Assembly (NCBI GenBank): GCA_934725985.1
Contig: CAKVCX010000001.1
Location: forward strand, 815,963 to 879,962
Source of the DNA: an uncultured Bacilli bacterium
GTDB lineage: Bacteria; Bacillota_I; Bacilli_A; RFN20; CAG-826
DNA length: 64,000 bases
Reading direction: 5' to 3'
The notes beneath the pieces are model-generated. The model saw nothing but the letters and a program-made list of their open reading frames with translations, had not been told where the DNA came from and did no database searches. The translations under genes were made by a program, and so were the position numbers. Below, in pieces: positions 45,699 to 55,149 of this stretch; position 1 is the first letter of the stretch, and every line of letters begins with the position of its first letter.

Positions 45699-46580
45699 TT
45701 ATTGTTCCAAGTATTCGCTAGGATTAAATACTTCTCCTTTATATAGCTCATATTCACCTTGAAAATAGGTATAGTTAGATTCGATTCGCTGCCAATTTGC
45801 TCTTATTCCTCCGGCATATAAGTCGGTTTGGGTTATGTGTTTGGCTTTGGATATGGCATTATTGTCAATCGTTAAATTTATTTGGTGGGTGATTTGTTTT
45901 GTTTTTACTTTGTTTTCATCTAAGCTAGCTAAAGAATAGGAAAAAGAAATTTCTCCTTTTAGCAAATAATTTTTTGGTAAATCTAGTGTATACGAAATAT
46001 TAATATTATCGATGACTGATTTTAAATAATTAAGATTTGCAATTTGAGTAAAGCCAAAACTTATATTGAAAAATTCTTCTTCTAATGATTTTATGTAGAT
46101 AGAGCTTGTTTTGGTTTTGTTATTTCCATCGTTTACAAGAGTATAAAAATAGTTTTTATCGGTGAATAATTGGGCTTGATAATCGCTTTTACTGTTTTCA
46201 ACGATTTGAGTCCCGTTTCGAATTACTATATCTGAAGCATTTTCTCTTTTATAACGAATCGCTTCAAATATATCGCTTCCTTCTAAATCACTTTCATCTC
46301 CTGAAGAAAAGTTATAAGAACTATTCATTGAAACGTTTACTTTGTTTGGATGGCCATTTATATCCAATAAATATTGATTAAAGTCTTCTATTTTTTCTTT
46401 GTCTAAATCTATTTGAGTGACGTTTGAAGTTGATTCGATACTTGAAGAGGAGGTGGATTCGTCAATTAAAGACGAATCGGAACTCGTCTTGTTTTCTTTA
46501 TCTATTGTTGTTGCGGTTTGATTTGTAGAGCAAGAAAACAAAAGCATTGACAAAGAAATGAATCTAAGCCCTTTTTTCAT
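45699..46580 (-). CDS. Lipoprotein, hypothetical
   Basis: MKKGLRFISLSMLLFSCSTNQ (lipobox LFSC), followed by a Ser-rich linker. The start overlaps the upstream lipoprotein stop (TAATG). Confidence 0.6.
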   Translation of the reverse strand: MKKGLRFISLSMLLFSCSTNQTATTIDKENKTSSDSSLIDESTSSSSIESTSNVTQIDLDKEKIEDFNQYLLDINGHPNKVNVSMNSSYNFSSGDESDLEGSDIFEAIRYKRENASDIVIRNGTQIVENSKSDYQAQLFTDKNYFYTLVNDGNNKTKTSSIYIKSLEEEFFNISFGFTQIANLNYLKSVIDNINISYTLDLPKNYLLKGEISFSYSLASLDENKVKTKQITHQINLTIDNNAISKAKHITQTDLYAGGIRANWQRIESNYTYFQGEYELYKGEVFNPSEYLEQ

Positions 46581-48511
46581 TAGTCAATCCTTTCAAATGT
46601 ATCGTAAGTATAATCGTTTGGCCTATATATTTTTATGCATACTTTCCCTTTTTCATTTTTAAATATTGTTGCTTTTTCTACAGGGTTATCATTATCGTTT
46701 GGATCTGTGGAATAGCCATAATCGTAGCTCCAGTTGGTTAATGACAATTTTCCTTCATTATCTAATTGATAAGCAAATGTATCGTTATAAGGCTTCAAAT
46801 TGCTTTTTATTACTTGTTCTACTTGGCCGCTTCCATTTTCTAGGAAAGTAAGCTTTAGGGTAAAACTAGTTTTTTCAACTTTAAATGTATGATTTAAAAC
46901 GTTACTATTGAACCAATCTTGATCAATAGCTTCCTGACATTTTAAAGTAATCGATTTAGAAATGGCCGTGTTGCTTTTTATGAAGAAAGTAATGGTAGCT
47001 TCTCCTAATCCCTCGCCTTTAATCGTGGCTTTGCCATTATTCCAAGTAACTGAAATTATTTTGCTATCTGAGGAAGAAGCTTCTATATCTTGAATGGCTT
47101 CTAAAGGCAATACGTCGACATCAAAAGTAATTTCCTTGCCTAAACCTATAATATTATTTGGGACTGGATCAGTTTGTATATAAATGCCATTTCCTTTTGG
47201 CCTTTCTACTATCAAATCAATGGTTTTGGTTTTATTTTGCCAGATATTTTCTTCATTCTTCCCGAAATAGGTTAGGGTGATTGTTGTTTTTCCCTCACCT
47301 TTAATCTCCATTGTTTCGTTAGTAATGGCAATGGCATTCTCGTTGCTTGAACTAATTGGGGTTAATACTTCTTTGCTTACTCCGATTGCATTTTTTGGTA
47401 AATAGGATAGTGGTTTAGCGAATACGTAATAGAGTTTTTTACTGATATTATTTTTGTCTACTTCGTTGCCATATCCATCGACAATTCCAATTTCATCTAT
47501 TTCTGTTAAGAAATAATCGTTGGGATTTAAGCTACCCGTGTAGCTGTTTTCTTTTTCCCCATATGTTATTTTGCCTTCTTTTGAAATAATTTTTATATAA
47601 GGATCTTCTCCTTCTGCTGAATCGGTTAGGGTTGTTTGATATTTATATTCGATTAGTCGATTCTCGCTTACTAAGAAATTGCATTCTTCCTTCATTGTAA
47701 TGGTATCGTTTCCTAAATCCCCATCATAGCTATAGGAAAGCTCCATTGCATATTCAATGCCGTTTTCTTTTTCTACCCCATTAAAAGAGGTAACACCAGT
47801 TTGAATGACGTATTGGCTTGTTATTAATGTAGCTAAATAGGAAGCTAAATCTTCGCTTAATTTTAATGAAGATTCGTAACTTTTCTCGCTTGCTAAAACA
47901 TATTCGCCTGTAGCTAATCCGCCACTATTTGCCTCTTTTTCTGTATCAACGACAAATTTCTTCGCTACGTAACTATTGCTTTCGTTAGAAGAAAGGAAAG
48001 CATAATAATACATCGGATATTCACCGACTATGGGCTTATTATCTTCGTTAAGTTCCCCGGTTTCGATTTTATCTATTTGATAAAGGCTACGACCAGAAGC
48101 ACTTTCTTCGCTTCTGGTGTTATTTTTAGAATCTTCTTTTGTTGTTTTTTGCTCTAAAGAAGAAGTATCGTCAGAATATATTTTGTTTTTAGTTTCTATG
48201 CTAGTAATGAAATCGTTTTTTCTCTCTTTTTCAATTTTAGTTTCGCTAGAGGCAAAATCCCTTTCATTTTCTTTTCCTTTGTTCATTAAAAACGAATAGG
48301 CATTAGAAAATGACATAGAAATGTCTTCTTCTTCGCCGCTAGAAGAAGTTCCATTATCCTTAGAAGTATCGCTTTGGTTTGATGAAGATGTATCTTCTAT
48401 ATTTCCGCTGTCATCAATACTTTCGCTTTTATTGGATGCAGCGGGTAAAGCGCATGAAAATAATAATGATCCGCTAGTTAAGACTAATAATGTCTGAATA
48501 ATTTTTTTCAT
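46580..48511 (-). CDS. Lipoprotein with Big_2-like domains, hypothetical
   Basis: MKKIIQTLLVLTSGSLLFSCALPAAS. The start was moved to the second ATG, 18 nt inside the ORF-track ORF, and is preceded by the GAAGGC ribosome-binding site. Ser-rich linker. Ig-like segments are present (TITLTYFGKNEENIWQNKTKTIDLIV). Confidence 0.6.
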   Translation of the reverse strand: MKKIIQTLLVLTSGSLLFSCALPAASNKSESIDDSGNIEDTSSSNQSDTSKDNGTSSSGEEEDISMSFSNAYSFLMNKGKENERDFASSETKIEKERKNDFITSIETKNKIYSDDTSSLEQKTTKEDSKNNTRSEESASGRSLYQIDKIETGELNEDNKPIVGEYPMYYYAFLSSNESNSYVAKKFVVDTEKEANSGGLATGEYVLASEKSYESSLKLSEDLASYLATLITSQYVIQTGVTSFNGVEKENGIEYAMELSYSYDGDLGNDTITMKEECNFLVSENRLIEYKYQTTLTDSAEGEDPYIKIISKEGKITYGEKENSYTGSLNPNDYFLTEIDEIGIVDGYGNEVDKNNISKKLYYVFAKPLSYLPKNAIGVSKEVLTPISSSNENAIAITNETMEIKGEGKTTITLTYFGKNEENIWQNKTKTIDLIVERPKGNGIYIQTDPVPNNIIGLGKEITFDVDVLPLEAIQDIEASSSDSKIISVTWNNGKATIKGEGLGEATITFFIKSNTAISKSITLKCQEAIDQDWFNSNVLNHTFKVEKTSFTLKLTFLENGSGQVEQVIKSNLKPYNDTFAYQLDNEGKLSLTNWSYDYGYSTDPNDNDNPVEKATIFKNEKGKVCIKIYRPNDYTYDTFERID

Positions 48512-48628
48512 AAAAAAGCCTTCTTTCATAGTGTATTAAATAATAGAAATAAATAAGGTCAAGGATATTTTTACTTGCTAAAAATCCATTTCGTCTTATG
48601 GTATTGCCAAGTTAAGGAGTTTTTTTGT

Positions 48629-49597
48629 ATGAAAAATAATCGAAAATCATTATTGGCATTCTTTCTTTCTTTCTTTCTTGTTGGCTGTGGGCCTATTTCA
48701 TCTAGTTTAAGTGAAAATGAAAAGAGCCAAAGTTCTTCTTTTGCAGAAGAGGAAAAAGAATTGCTAATTCAAGACATCTCTATTTTGCCTGGAGAAAAAA
48801 CTAACTTGATTGCAAAACTTGGCGAAGAAGTAGTAGATGCTAAATTTGAGATTTTAGATTTAGGGAAAACCAATGCGACTGTAAGCGAAGATGGCTTCTT
48901 AGATGCCGGAATATTTGCTGGAACAATAAAAATAAAGGCTACTTATGAAAAATGGGAAGCAAGTAAAGACGTTGTTATTACTGCTCCAATTATAGATGAT
49001 TCTAAGATTAATATTCCTTCTTCCTATAAGACTTCCATTAACGTAAAAACAGGGAATGTTGATTCCTTGGGCAATCCAATTAATGAAATAGGGCTTGAAT
49101 TTGTTAAAGACAAAGGTTTTTTTCTTTCTCTAGGCGAAGGCGGTTGCATTATAGAAAACGATAAAGTCTATAACTATGAGGTAACTAAAGATGGGGCTAA
49201 GTTTAATTATGGTAGTGATTTGGAAGAAGAGGCTACCGTAAAAGACATTAATGATTCGTTTGATTTAAAAAGCTCGATTACTTCTTCTAGATATGAATTT
49301 TATTTTTTAAACAAGGAAAGCAATGAATATATTTTCCAAATGAATGCCAATACTGCCGCCACTTGCGTGGCTGAACCTACTATTTTTACTTTTATGGGCT
49401 TATTTAATATGGGGATTAATGGGGTTTGCGTAGGCGTGAGTGCAACTACTAATGAATATAGTGATTTATATGGGACGACTGGAAATAAATTTTATCCATT
49501 GCATTTAACTAGCATCGATGATTTGTCGGTTAATCCGGTTGGAGAGTATTTAAGCGATGGAGGGGCAGCAGAAGGAGGCTTTGAAGAGACTTTTTGA
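48629..49597 (+). CDS. Lipoprotein, member of a tandem paralog pair
   Basis: MKNNRKSLLAFFLSFFLVGCGP with an AAGGAG ribosome-binding site 9 nt upstream; the start was moved from 48575. It shares an ordered set of motifs with the next gene (LPG.KT.L.AKL, FVKDKG, NPVGE..SDGG..EGG.EE.F). Confidence 0.6.
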   Translation: MKNNRKSLLAFFLSFFLVGCGPISSSLSENEKSQSSSFAEEEKELLIQDISILPGEKTNLIAKLGEEVVDAKFEILDLGKTNATVSEDGFLDAGIFAGTIKIKATYEKWEASKDVVITAPIIDDSKINIPSSYKTSINVKTGNVDSLGNPINEIGLEFVKDKGFFLSLGEGGCIIENDKVYNYEVTKDGAKFNYGSDLEEEATVKDINDSFDLKSSITSSRYEFYFLNKESNEYIFQMNANTAATCVAEPTIFTFMGLFNMGINGVCVGVSATTNEYSDLYGTTGNKFYPLHLTSIDDLSVNPVGEYLSDGGAAEGGFEETF

Positions 49598-49786
49598 TTT
49601 TATTGAAGTAATAAAGGTGCAATTAAGCGGATATCTTTAATAAAAATAGGCAAATTTGTGGAATTATTAAAAAAATACGTATTTATCGATTATTTTTGTT
49701 CATTTAGTTAAAAATTACTTTAAAAATAAGTTGACTAGTTTTAGACCGGTTTTAATTTATGTCAATCAAAGCGAGAAGGAGCTTTT

Positions 49787-50863
49787 ATGAAAAATATGAA
49801 AAACAAATTATTGCTCTGCCTTGCTTCATCCTTATTTTTAGTGGGATGCGGAGGAAACTCGACTGAAAGTTCCTCGACTCCAATAGATGAAGCATCGACA
49901 AGCCAAACTTCAACTGAAACGGCGGATTCTAGCTCTTCAGGAGGAAGCGGAACATCTTCAAATACTAGCGAAGAAGAACGAGTAGTTACGATTGAAGAAG
50001 TAAATAGCTTATTGCCTGGAAAAACAACTCAATTAGTAGCCAAGTTAAACGGAGTAGAAACTGCCGCTGCTTGGACTATGGTTGATGACGGTGATACCGA
50101 ATCAACTTTAAGTGCAGAAGGTTTGCTAAAAGCAGGCATCACCATTGGGGAAGTAAGTGTTAAGGCTACTATTGGAAAGGCAGAAGGCACTTTGACTATT
50201 ACAATTCAAGAGCCAACTATTGATGTAGAGAAATTAGGCGTACCTACTTCCTATAAGGTTACCTATTACTCCGAAGCAGAGAGTGAGCCTACTCCACTTG
50301 CTAGTTTAGAATTCGTCAAAGATAAGGGCATTTATCTTGATATGAGTGCGGATGCTAGCGAATATGGTGAAGAATATAAAGGTGGAATAATTGCCGAAGA
50401 AGATAAATTATATAATTTCAACGTCGTTAACAATGAAGCGACGTTCAATTACAACACGGACGCAAGAGAAGAAACTATATCTACTTTTAATAATAGTTTC
50501 GATTTAGCTGGATCTATTAATTCTACTAATTATGACTTCCTTTATTTAGATGAAGATTATAACGAATACATGTATGAACCCAAACTAGATTACGATGCTT
50601 CCGTCGAGTTTGGAATTATGCAAGAACTAAGCATGATTGAAAATGGCTATGAATCTTTTTGCATAGGCGTGGATGCGACTAGTTTAGCCCTTACTTGCTT
50701 ATATGGGGTGATGGAATATGAAGGTGAATATTACTTTTTTGAAATGGGCTTAGATGAAATCACGGACTTATCCGTTACCCCAGTTGGAGAAAATGTATCC
50801 GATGGCGGTGAAGGCGAAGGCGGGGTCGAAGAACCATTTTTAGATAGTTCAGTAGGAGAATAA
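49787..50863 (+). CDS. Lipoprotein, paralog of 48629..49597
   Basis: MKNMKNKLLLCLASSLFLVGCGGNS with a GAAGGAG ribosome-binding site. Motifs are collinear with the upstream paralog (LLPGKTTQLVAKL, FVKDKGIYL, TPVGENVSDGGEGEGGVEEPF). Confidence 0.6.
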   Translation: MKNMKNKLLLCLASSLFLVGCGGNSTESSSTPIDEASTSQTSTETADSSSSGGSGTSSNTSEEERVVTIEEVNSLLPGKTTQLVAKLNGVETAAAWTMVDDGDTESTLSAEGLLKAGITIGEVSVKATIGKAEGTLTITIQEPTIDVEKLGVPTSYKVTYYSEAESEPTPLASLEFVKDKGIYLDMSADASEYGEEYKGGIIAEEDKLYNFNVVNNEATFNYNTDAREETISTFNNSFDLAGSINSTNYDFLYLDEDYNEYMYEPKLDYDASVEFGIMQELSMIENGYESFCIGVDATSLALTCLYGVMEYEGEYYFFEMGLDEITDLSVTPVGENVSDGGEGEGGVEEPFLDSSVGE

Positions 50864-50868
50864 ACGAT

Positions 50869-53800
50869 ATGAAAAAGAAATCATTATTAATATTTTCCAC
50901 TTCCTTTGCTCTTGGGATCGTTGCTTTAGGGACTGGATGTGGTTTAAAAAATGAAGAAAAAGTAGATACAACTTTAGAAGACGCGGTTCTTCCTAGCGAC
51001 GAGATCGGTACAAAAATAAAGCTTGGGGAGAATGCTAGCGAAGGAAGTGTTACTACCCCAATTACTTTCGATGCCACTTTAGGTTATAGGGTGATTAATG
51101 AAACTAGTGGGGCAAAAAGCGTTCGCGTTTATGCTGCCTTAAACGGTTATAAAGGCTTAAAGGGCGCTTCTTTGACTAGGAAAGTTACTGGAAGCGATGG
51201 GACTTTAGTAAAAGAGGAAAAGACAATTCAAGTAAATTATGTCTATTCCTCGATAAAAGATGCCAATTTAGTAACTTGGGATACACCGGTTTCTACTGAA
51301 ATAACTACTCCCTATTACATGGTTTATACCTTAAAGGATATTCCAGAAGAACATTGGCTTGATACTGTTAATGTTTCCTTTGCTATTGATAATGGAAGCG
51401 AAGTTAGAAGTGGAGAAGCTCTTTATAATGTACGCGGCTTAATTGGCGATGAAACAGAAGGTGTTGAATATGTACAAAGAGCCGATGTCACCGATAAAAA
51501 TGAATATTATGCAAGAGCAATCAATAAAACCATAACAAAAGCTGTCGTCGCTTCTTCTTATTATACTTACGATGGGCATGTAGCTACTTTTATGGGTGAG
51601 GTTACTGCTCTAGATGCCACTAGTTCTACCGGGGCTTTTGAAGGCTGCAGCTATTTGACTGAAGTTGTTTTGCCAGATTCAATTAACTTCTTTGGTAACT
51701 ATACCTTTTATAACGCATCAGCATTAAAAAAAGTAAGATTCCCTAAGAATTTAACTTCTATTTCCAAGTCTGCTTGGAGCAATGCGAAATTTAAGGAAGT
51801 CCAATGGGATGCCTTGGCTTTTGCAAATCCAAATGATGTAACAATTCCTTTTGATCTAGACCAAGTTATAATTTCTAGCGAAGTTACAAGTTTGCCTAAG
51901 ACATTCATGTCTAGCTCCTATAAAGTCAAAAAAGTAGTTTATGATGGTCCTTTAGCTAATTTTAATGCGTTGAAAACGGATGAAAATAAAGACAATGGTT
52001 TATTTGTTGATGGAGTTTACGCGACTGATAACACCATTAATATTACTTATCATTTAGGCGAAGCCAATATTGCCGGCGAAACTGGGGATTATGTAGTTAA
52101 ATCTTTCCCAAACCAGGCTTTTACTCCTGCTACCCCTTCTTTGTCAGGCAAAAGATTTGATGGTTGGTATTTAGATGAGAACTTGACTACTCCATTCGAT
52201 GAGTCCTCTATTTTAACTGCCAATACAGATCTTTATCCGAAGTTCTCTGATTTTGGAAATGGCATTTCAGCTGAAAAGCCAATTGCCCTAGGCGAAGAAA
52301 ACGCTTCATTTACGGAAACCTTAGTCCCTGGATACGAAGGCGTTTACTTTAAATATACTGCCCCAATAGATTCTACTGCAAAGTGGCATTATCTAAGGAT
52401 AAATGAAGAAAATTCCGTAACTAATACTGATTTATCCATCGATGTTTCTTCTTTAAGCAATCAAAAAATATTCGTCTATAAGGATTCAGTTGAAGAAGAA
52501 AATCTGCAAAAAGAGTCTTCTACTAGTACCTTGGTCGATAAAGCGACTGTTCAAAAGCTATATTCCGAAGATGGATTTAAAAGAGTATGGATTGAGCCAG
52601 GCGAGACCTATTATTTCTATGCCGATGCTTATTACAGTGCTTATTATCCGGATAGACAATGGTATGGTGATTTAGCCATTGAATGGAAAACAAGCGAAGC
52701 CGATACAATTGCTACTGCCTTATCATTTAATTATGGAGAAGAGGTAACCCCATCAGTTTCTTATAAAACAGCTCCTGTTGCCTTATATAAATATGTTGCT
52801 ACCTCTAGTAAAAAAGCTGCTATTTTCCTAAATACTTATAAAAAGTATTATGCAAGTATTGTTTGCTATGACGCTACCGACAATAACAATATAAGCAAGG
52901 TCGTCGAGGCTAGACCTAATGTTTCTGTTGATAATGGAACTTCTACCTCGGTTATTGATTTAATCGAAGGTCACACCTATGTTTTCCAAATTTCAATAAA
53001 TGATCAGACTACAGAGGCTAAGTATTTCTCCTTTAAGCTAGATGATGTTCCTGCCGGTGCAAGTTTATCAGATCCAATTGCTTATTCTATAGGCGATACA
53101 ATACAATCCGCTGATTTAGGTTTGAATTCAGTTTATTATTCCTTTACGTTAACGGAAGCAAAAAATGTTTGCTTTAGCTTAACTGGTGGTTCTACTTATT
53201 ACGCTAAAAAGGCTCAAATCCTTAGCACTACAGGTGAAGCAGTTAGTGAAGAAGTTATTGAAGAAGGCGAAGAAGATACAAGTGGATGGGGTGGTGACAC
53301 ATATTATGGAACTCTATTGACTTTAAGCAAAAAGCTTGAAGCCGGAACCTACATATTGAAGGTTTCCATGAATTCAAGCTACCAAACCCCATCGGGTATA
53401 GATATATCTTCTAAATATCTTGAGGTGGGCGATAGTTTCGATGATCCTTTAGAAGCAACAGTAGTTTCTAATTCGGCTACCCTTGTTGCTACAACTGATG
53501 GCAAATTCTATTCTTTTGTTGCAGCAAATGAAGGATACATGCAATTTGATGTTACTGCTCCTGATGGAGTAAAAGTGGCTTTGCTTGATTCTAATGGCAA
53601 TGCAACCGCGACCGCTTCTAATGGGGGTAGCTTGGTAACTAAAGTCAGTGCCGGCCAAACTGTTGTGCTCAAGGCTTTTGGCGGTAGTGGGGATGTTACA
53701 TTATCACTTTCTTATCCAAGCGAAATGCGTGATGGAAAGAGCCGCGATACTGCTTATGTCCTTGATTTCTCTGCATCGGATGAAATAGATATTACCGATA

Positions 53801-54969
53801 AAACCGGTAATTCCTCTATTAATAGTGTTTTCTTTGAATTTACTGTTTCAACCACCGGAACATATAGGTTCTATAGCAATTCGGAATCGTTAGATTCAAA
53901 GGTAAATGCAATTTATGAAGGTGAAATCGTTTCTAAAATAGATAATTCATCTAATGATGATGATCAAAATAAACATGCCGGTTTTACCAATTATAGATAT
54001 GATTTCTATGTCGAAGTGCAGTTAGAAGCAGGAAAGACTTATTATGCCGATATTAAGTTACCTTCTAATTCTGCTGATAATCCTAAAACTTTGAAACTTG
54101 GGTTATCGATGATAAAACAAGGCGAAACTCTTGCCAATCCAATAGAAAAAGCTTGGAACGAGAACACCTTGAGTATCTTGTCTAATTCTAAGTCAATGTT
54201 CTATTCATTCGTTGCCGATGAATCCGAGACTTTTGACTTAACTGTTTCCTCTTCTACTGAGGGAGTGACTCCAACTTTAACGTTGTATAAAGATGGTAAT
54301 GCCGTTAAAAGCGTTGGTTCAGGTTATAGATTCACGCTTGAAAAAGACGCCACCTATGTCTTAAATGTTATAACAAGTGAGACTTGCGATGTTACCATTA
54401 CAAGGACAGTTCACACTGGTATCTTCTCTTCTTCAGATCTACTTGGTACTTATAATGGCTGTGGTAACGGGTCTAGTTACTATAAGGCTAATATCATTGC
54501 CGATGGTGTATATTGGGAATCTAGTACGGTTCTTGGGGAACCAAGTTCTGCTTTATCCACAACCGCAACCGGTTTAACTAAGTTTGTGGCAACTGCAAGT
54601 GGAGAAAAGACATTCTATTGCAATGGGACCGATATGTGGGTGTTTAATTCTTCTTATGTATATTTCTTAAGCAAGAGACAATCTACTTATACTAGCGATG
54701 CTATTGCTGGAGAAATGGCTAAGACTGCTAGTGCTTCTAATGAAGCAGGGACCATTATTCAATCTATTAAGATCGATGATGGCTCTAGAATTTATGGTAT
54801 GTCAAAAGATGGCGAAGTTTATCTAGGCATTACCGTAGAATTTACTAGTGGAGAAGACATCAAAGGTAATGATGTTGCCTTTGCTGTTAAGGATTCTTCT
54901 GGAAATACGATTGGAACTTATACTGGCGTTGGCGGTACTTTAACTGAAGTTACTGGACCAAATGCTTAA
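50869..54969 (+). CDS. Giant surface lipoprotein (1366 aa) with a BspA-type leucine-rich repeat (LRR_5) region, a Listeria-Bacteroides (flg_new) repeat and at least five PPC-like beta-sandwich modules
   Basis: Lipobox LGTGCG. LRR_5-like segment FEGCSYLTEVVLPDSINFFGNYTFYNASALKKVRFPKNLTSISKSAWSN. flg_new-like segment GKRFDGWYLDENLTTPFDESSILTANTDLYPKF. Recurrent module signatures are YYSFTL...FSLTGG, FYSFVAANEGYMQFDV, FFEFTVSTTGTYRFYS and FYSFVADESETFDLTV. It starts 5 nt after the upstream paralog. Confidence 0.7.
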   Translation: MKKKSLLIFSTSFALGIVALGTGCGLKNEEKVDTTLEDAVLPSDEIGTKIKLGENASEGSVTTPITFDATLGYRVINETSGAKSVRVYAALNGYKGLKGASLTRKVTGSDGTLVKEEKTIQVNYVYSSIKDANLVTWDTPVSTEITTPYYMVYTLKDIPEEHWLDTVNVSFAIDNGSEVRSGEALYNVRGLIGDETEGVEYVQRADVTDKNEYYARAINKTITKAVVASSYYTYDGHVATFMGEVTALDATSSTGAFEGCSYLTEVVLPDSINFFGNYTFYNASALKKVRFPKNLTSISKSAWSNAKFKEVQWDALAFANPNDVTIPFDLDQVIISSEVTSLPKTFMSSSYKVKKVVYDGPLANFNALKTDENKDNGLFVDGVYATDNTINITYHLGEANIAGETGDYVVKSFPNQAFTPATPSLSGKRFDGWYLDENLTTPFDESSILTANTDLYPKFSDFGNGISAEKPIALGEENASFTETLVPGYEGVYFKYTAPIDSTAKWHYLRINEENSVTNTDLSIDVSSLSNQKIFVYKDSVEEENLQKESSTSTLVDKATVQKLYSEDGFKRVWIEPGETYYFYADAYYSAYYPDRQWYGDLAIEWKTSEADTIATALSFNYGEEVTPSVSYKTAPVALYKYVATSSKKAAIFLNTYKKYYASIVCYDATDNNNISKVVEARPNVSVDNGTSTSVIDLIEGHTYVFQISINDQTTEAKYFSFKLDDVPAGASLSDPIAYSIGDTIQSADLGLNSVYYSFTLTEAKNVCFSLTGGSTYYAKKAQILSTTGEAVSEEVIEEGEEDTSGWGGDTYYGTLLTLSKKLEAGTYILKVSMNSSYQTPSGIDISSKYLEVGDSFDDPLEATVVSNSATLVATTDGKFYSFVAANEGYMQFDVTAPDGVKVALLDSNGNATATASNGGSLVTKVSAGQTVVLKAFGGSGDVTLSLSYPSEMRDGKSRDTAYVLDFSASDEIDITDKTGNSSINSVFFEFTVSTTGTYRFYSNSESLDSKVNAIYEGEIVSKIDNSSNDDDQNKHAGFTNYRYDFYVEVQLEAGKTYYADIKLPSNSADNPKTLKLGLSMIKQGETLANPIEKAWNENTLSILSNSKSMFYSFVADESETFDLTVSSSTEGVTPTLTLYKDGNAVKSVGSGYRFTLEKDATYVLNVITSETCDVTITRTVHTGIFSSSDLLGTYNGCGNGSSYYKANIIADGVYWESSTVLGEPSSALSTTATGLTKFVATASGEKTFYCNGTDMWVFNSSYVYFLSKRQSTYTSDAIAGEMAKTASASNEAGTIIQSIKIDDGSRIYGMSKDGEVYLGITVEFTSGEDIKGNDVAFAVKDSSGNTIGTYTGVGGTLTEVTGPNA

Positions 54970-54988
54970 TTTGATTCTTTAATCCCAT

Positions 54989-55026
54989 TACCCCCTAACC
55001 CTAAAAAGGGAAGGGGGTATTTTAAT
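54989..55026 (+). terminator. GC-rich rho-independent terminator
   Basis: ACCCCCTAACCCT-aaaa-AGGGAAGGGGGT followed by ATTTTAAT. Confidence 0.6.
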
Positions 55027-55149
55027 CAATTTATAATTTAACTACTTAAAATTTATTTTTTTCATCAAAAACGGTCTTGCTTTTATTTCTACCGGCCTTA
55101 ACTTAACATCGTTGGTTTTCAACCAATTTTTATAGAAAAAGGAGGCAAT

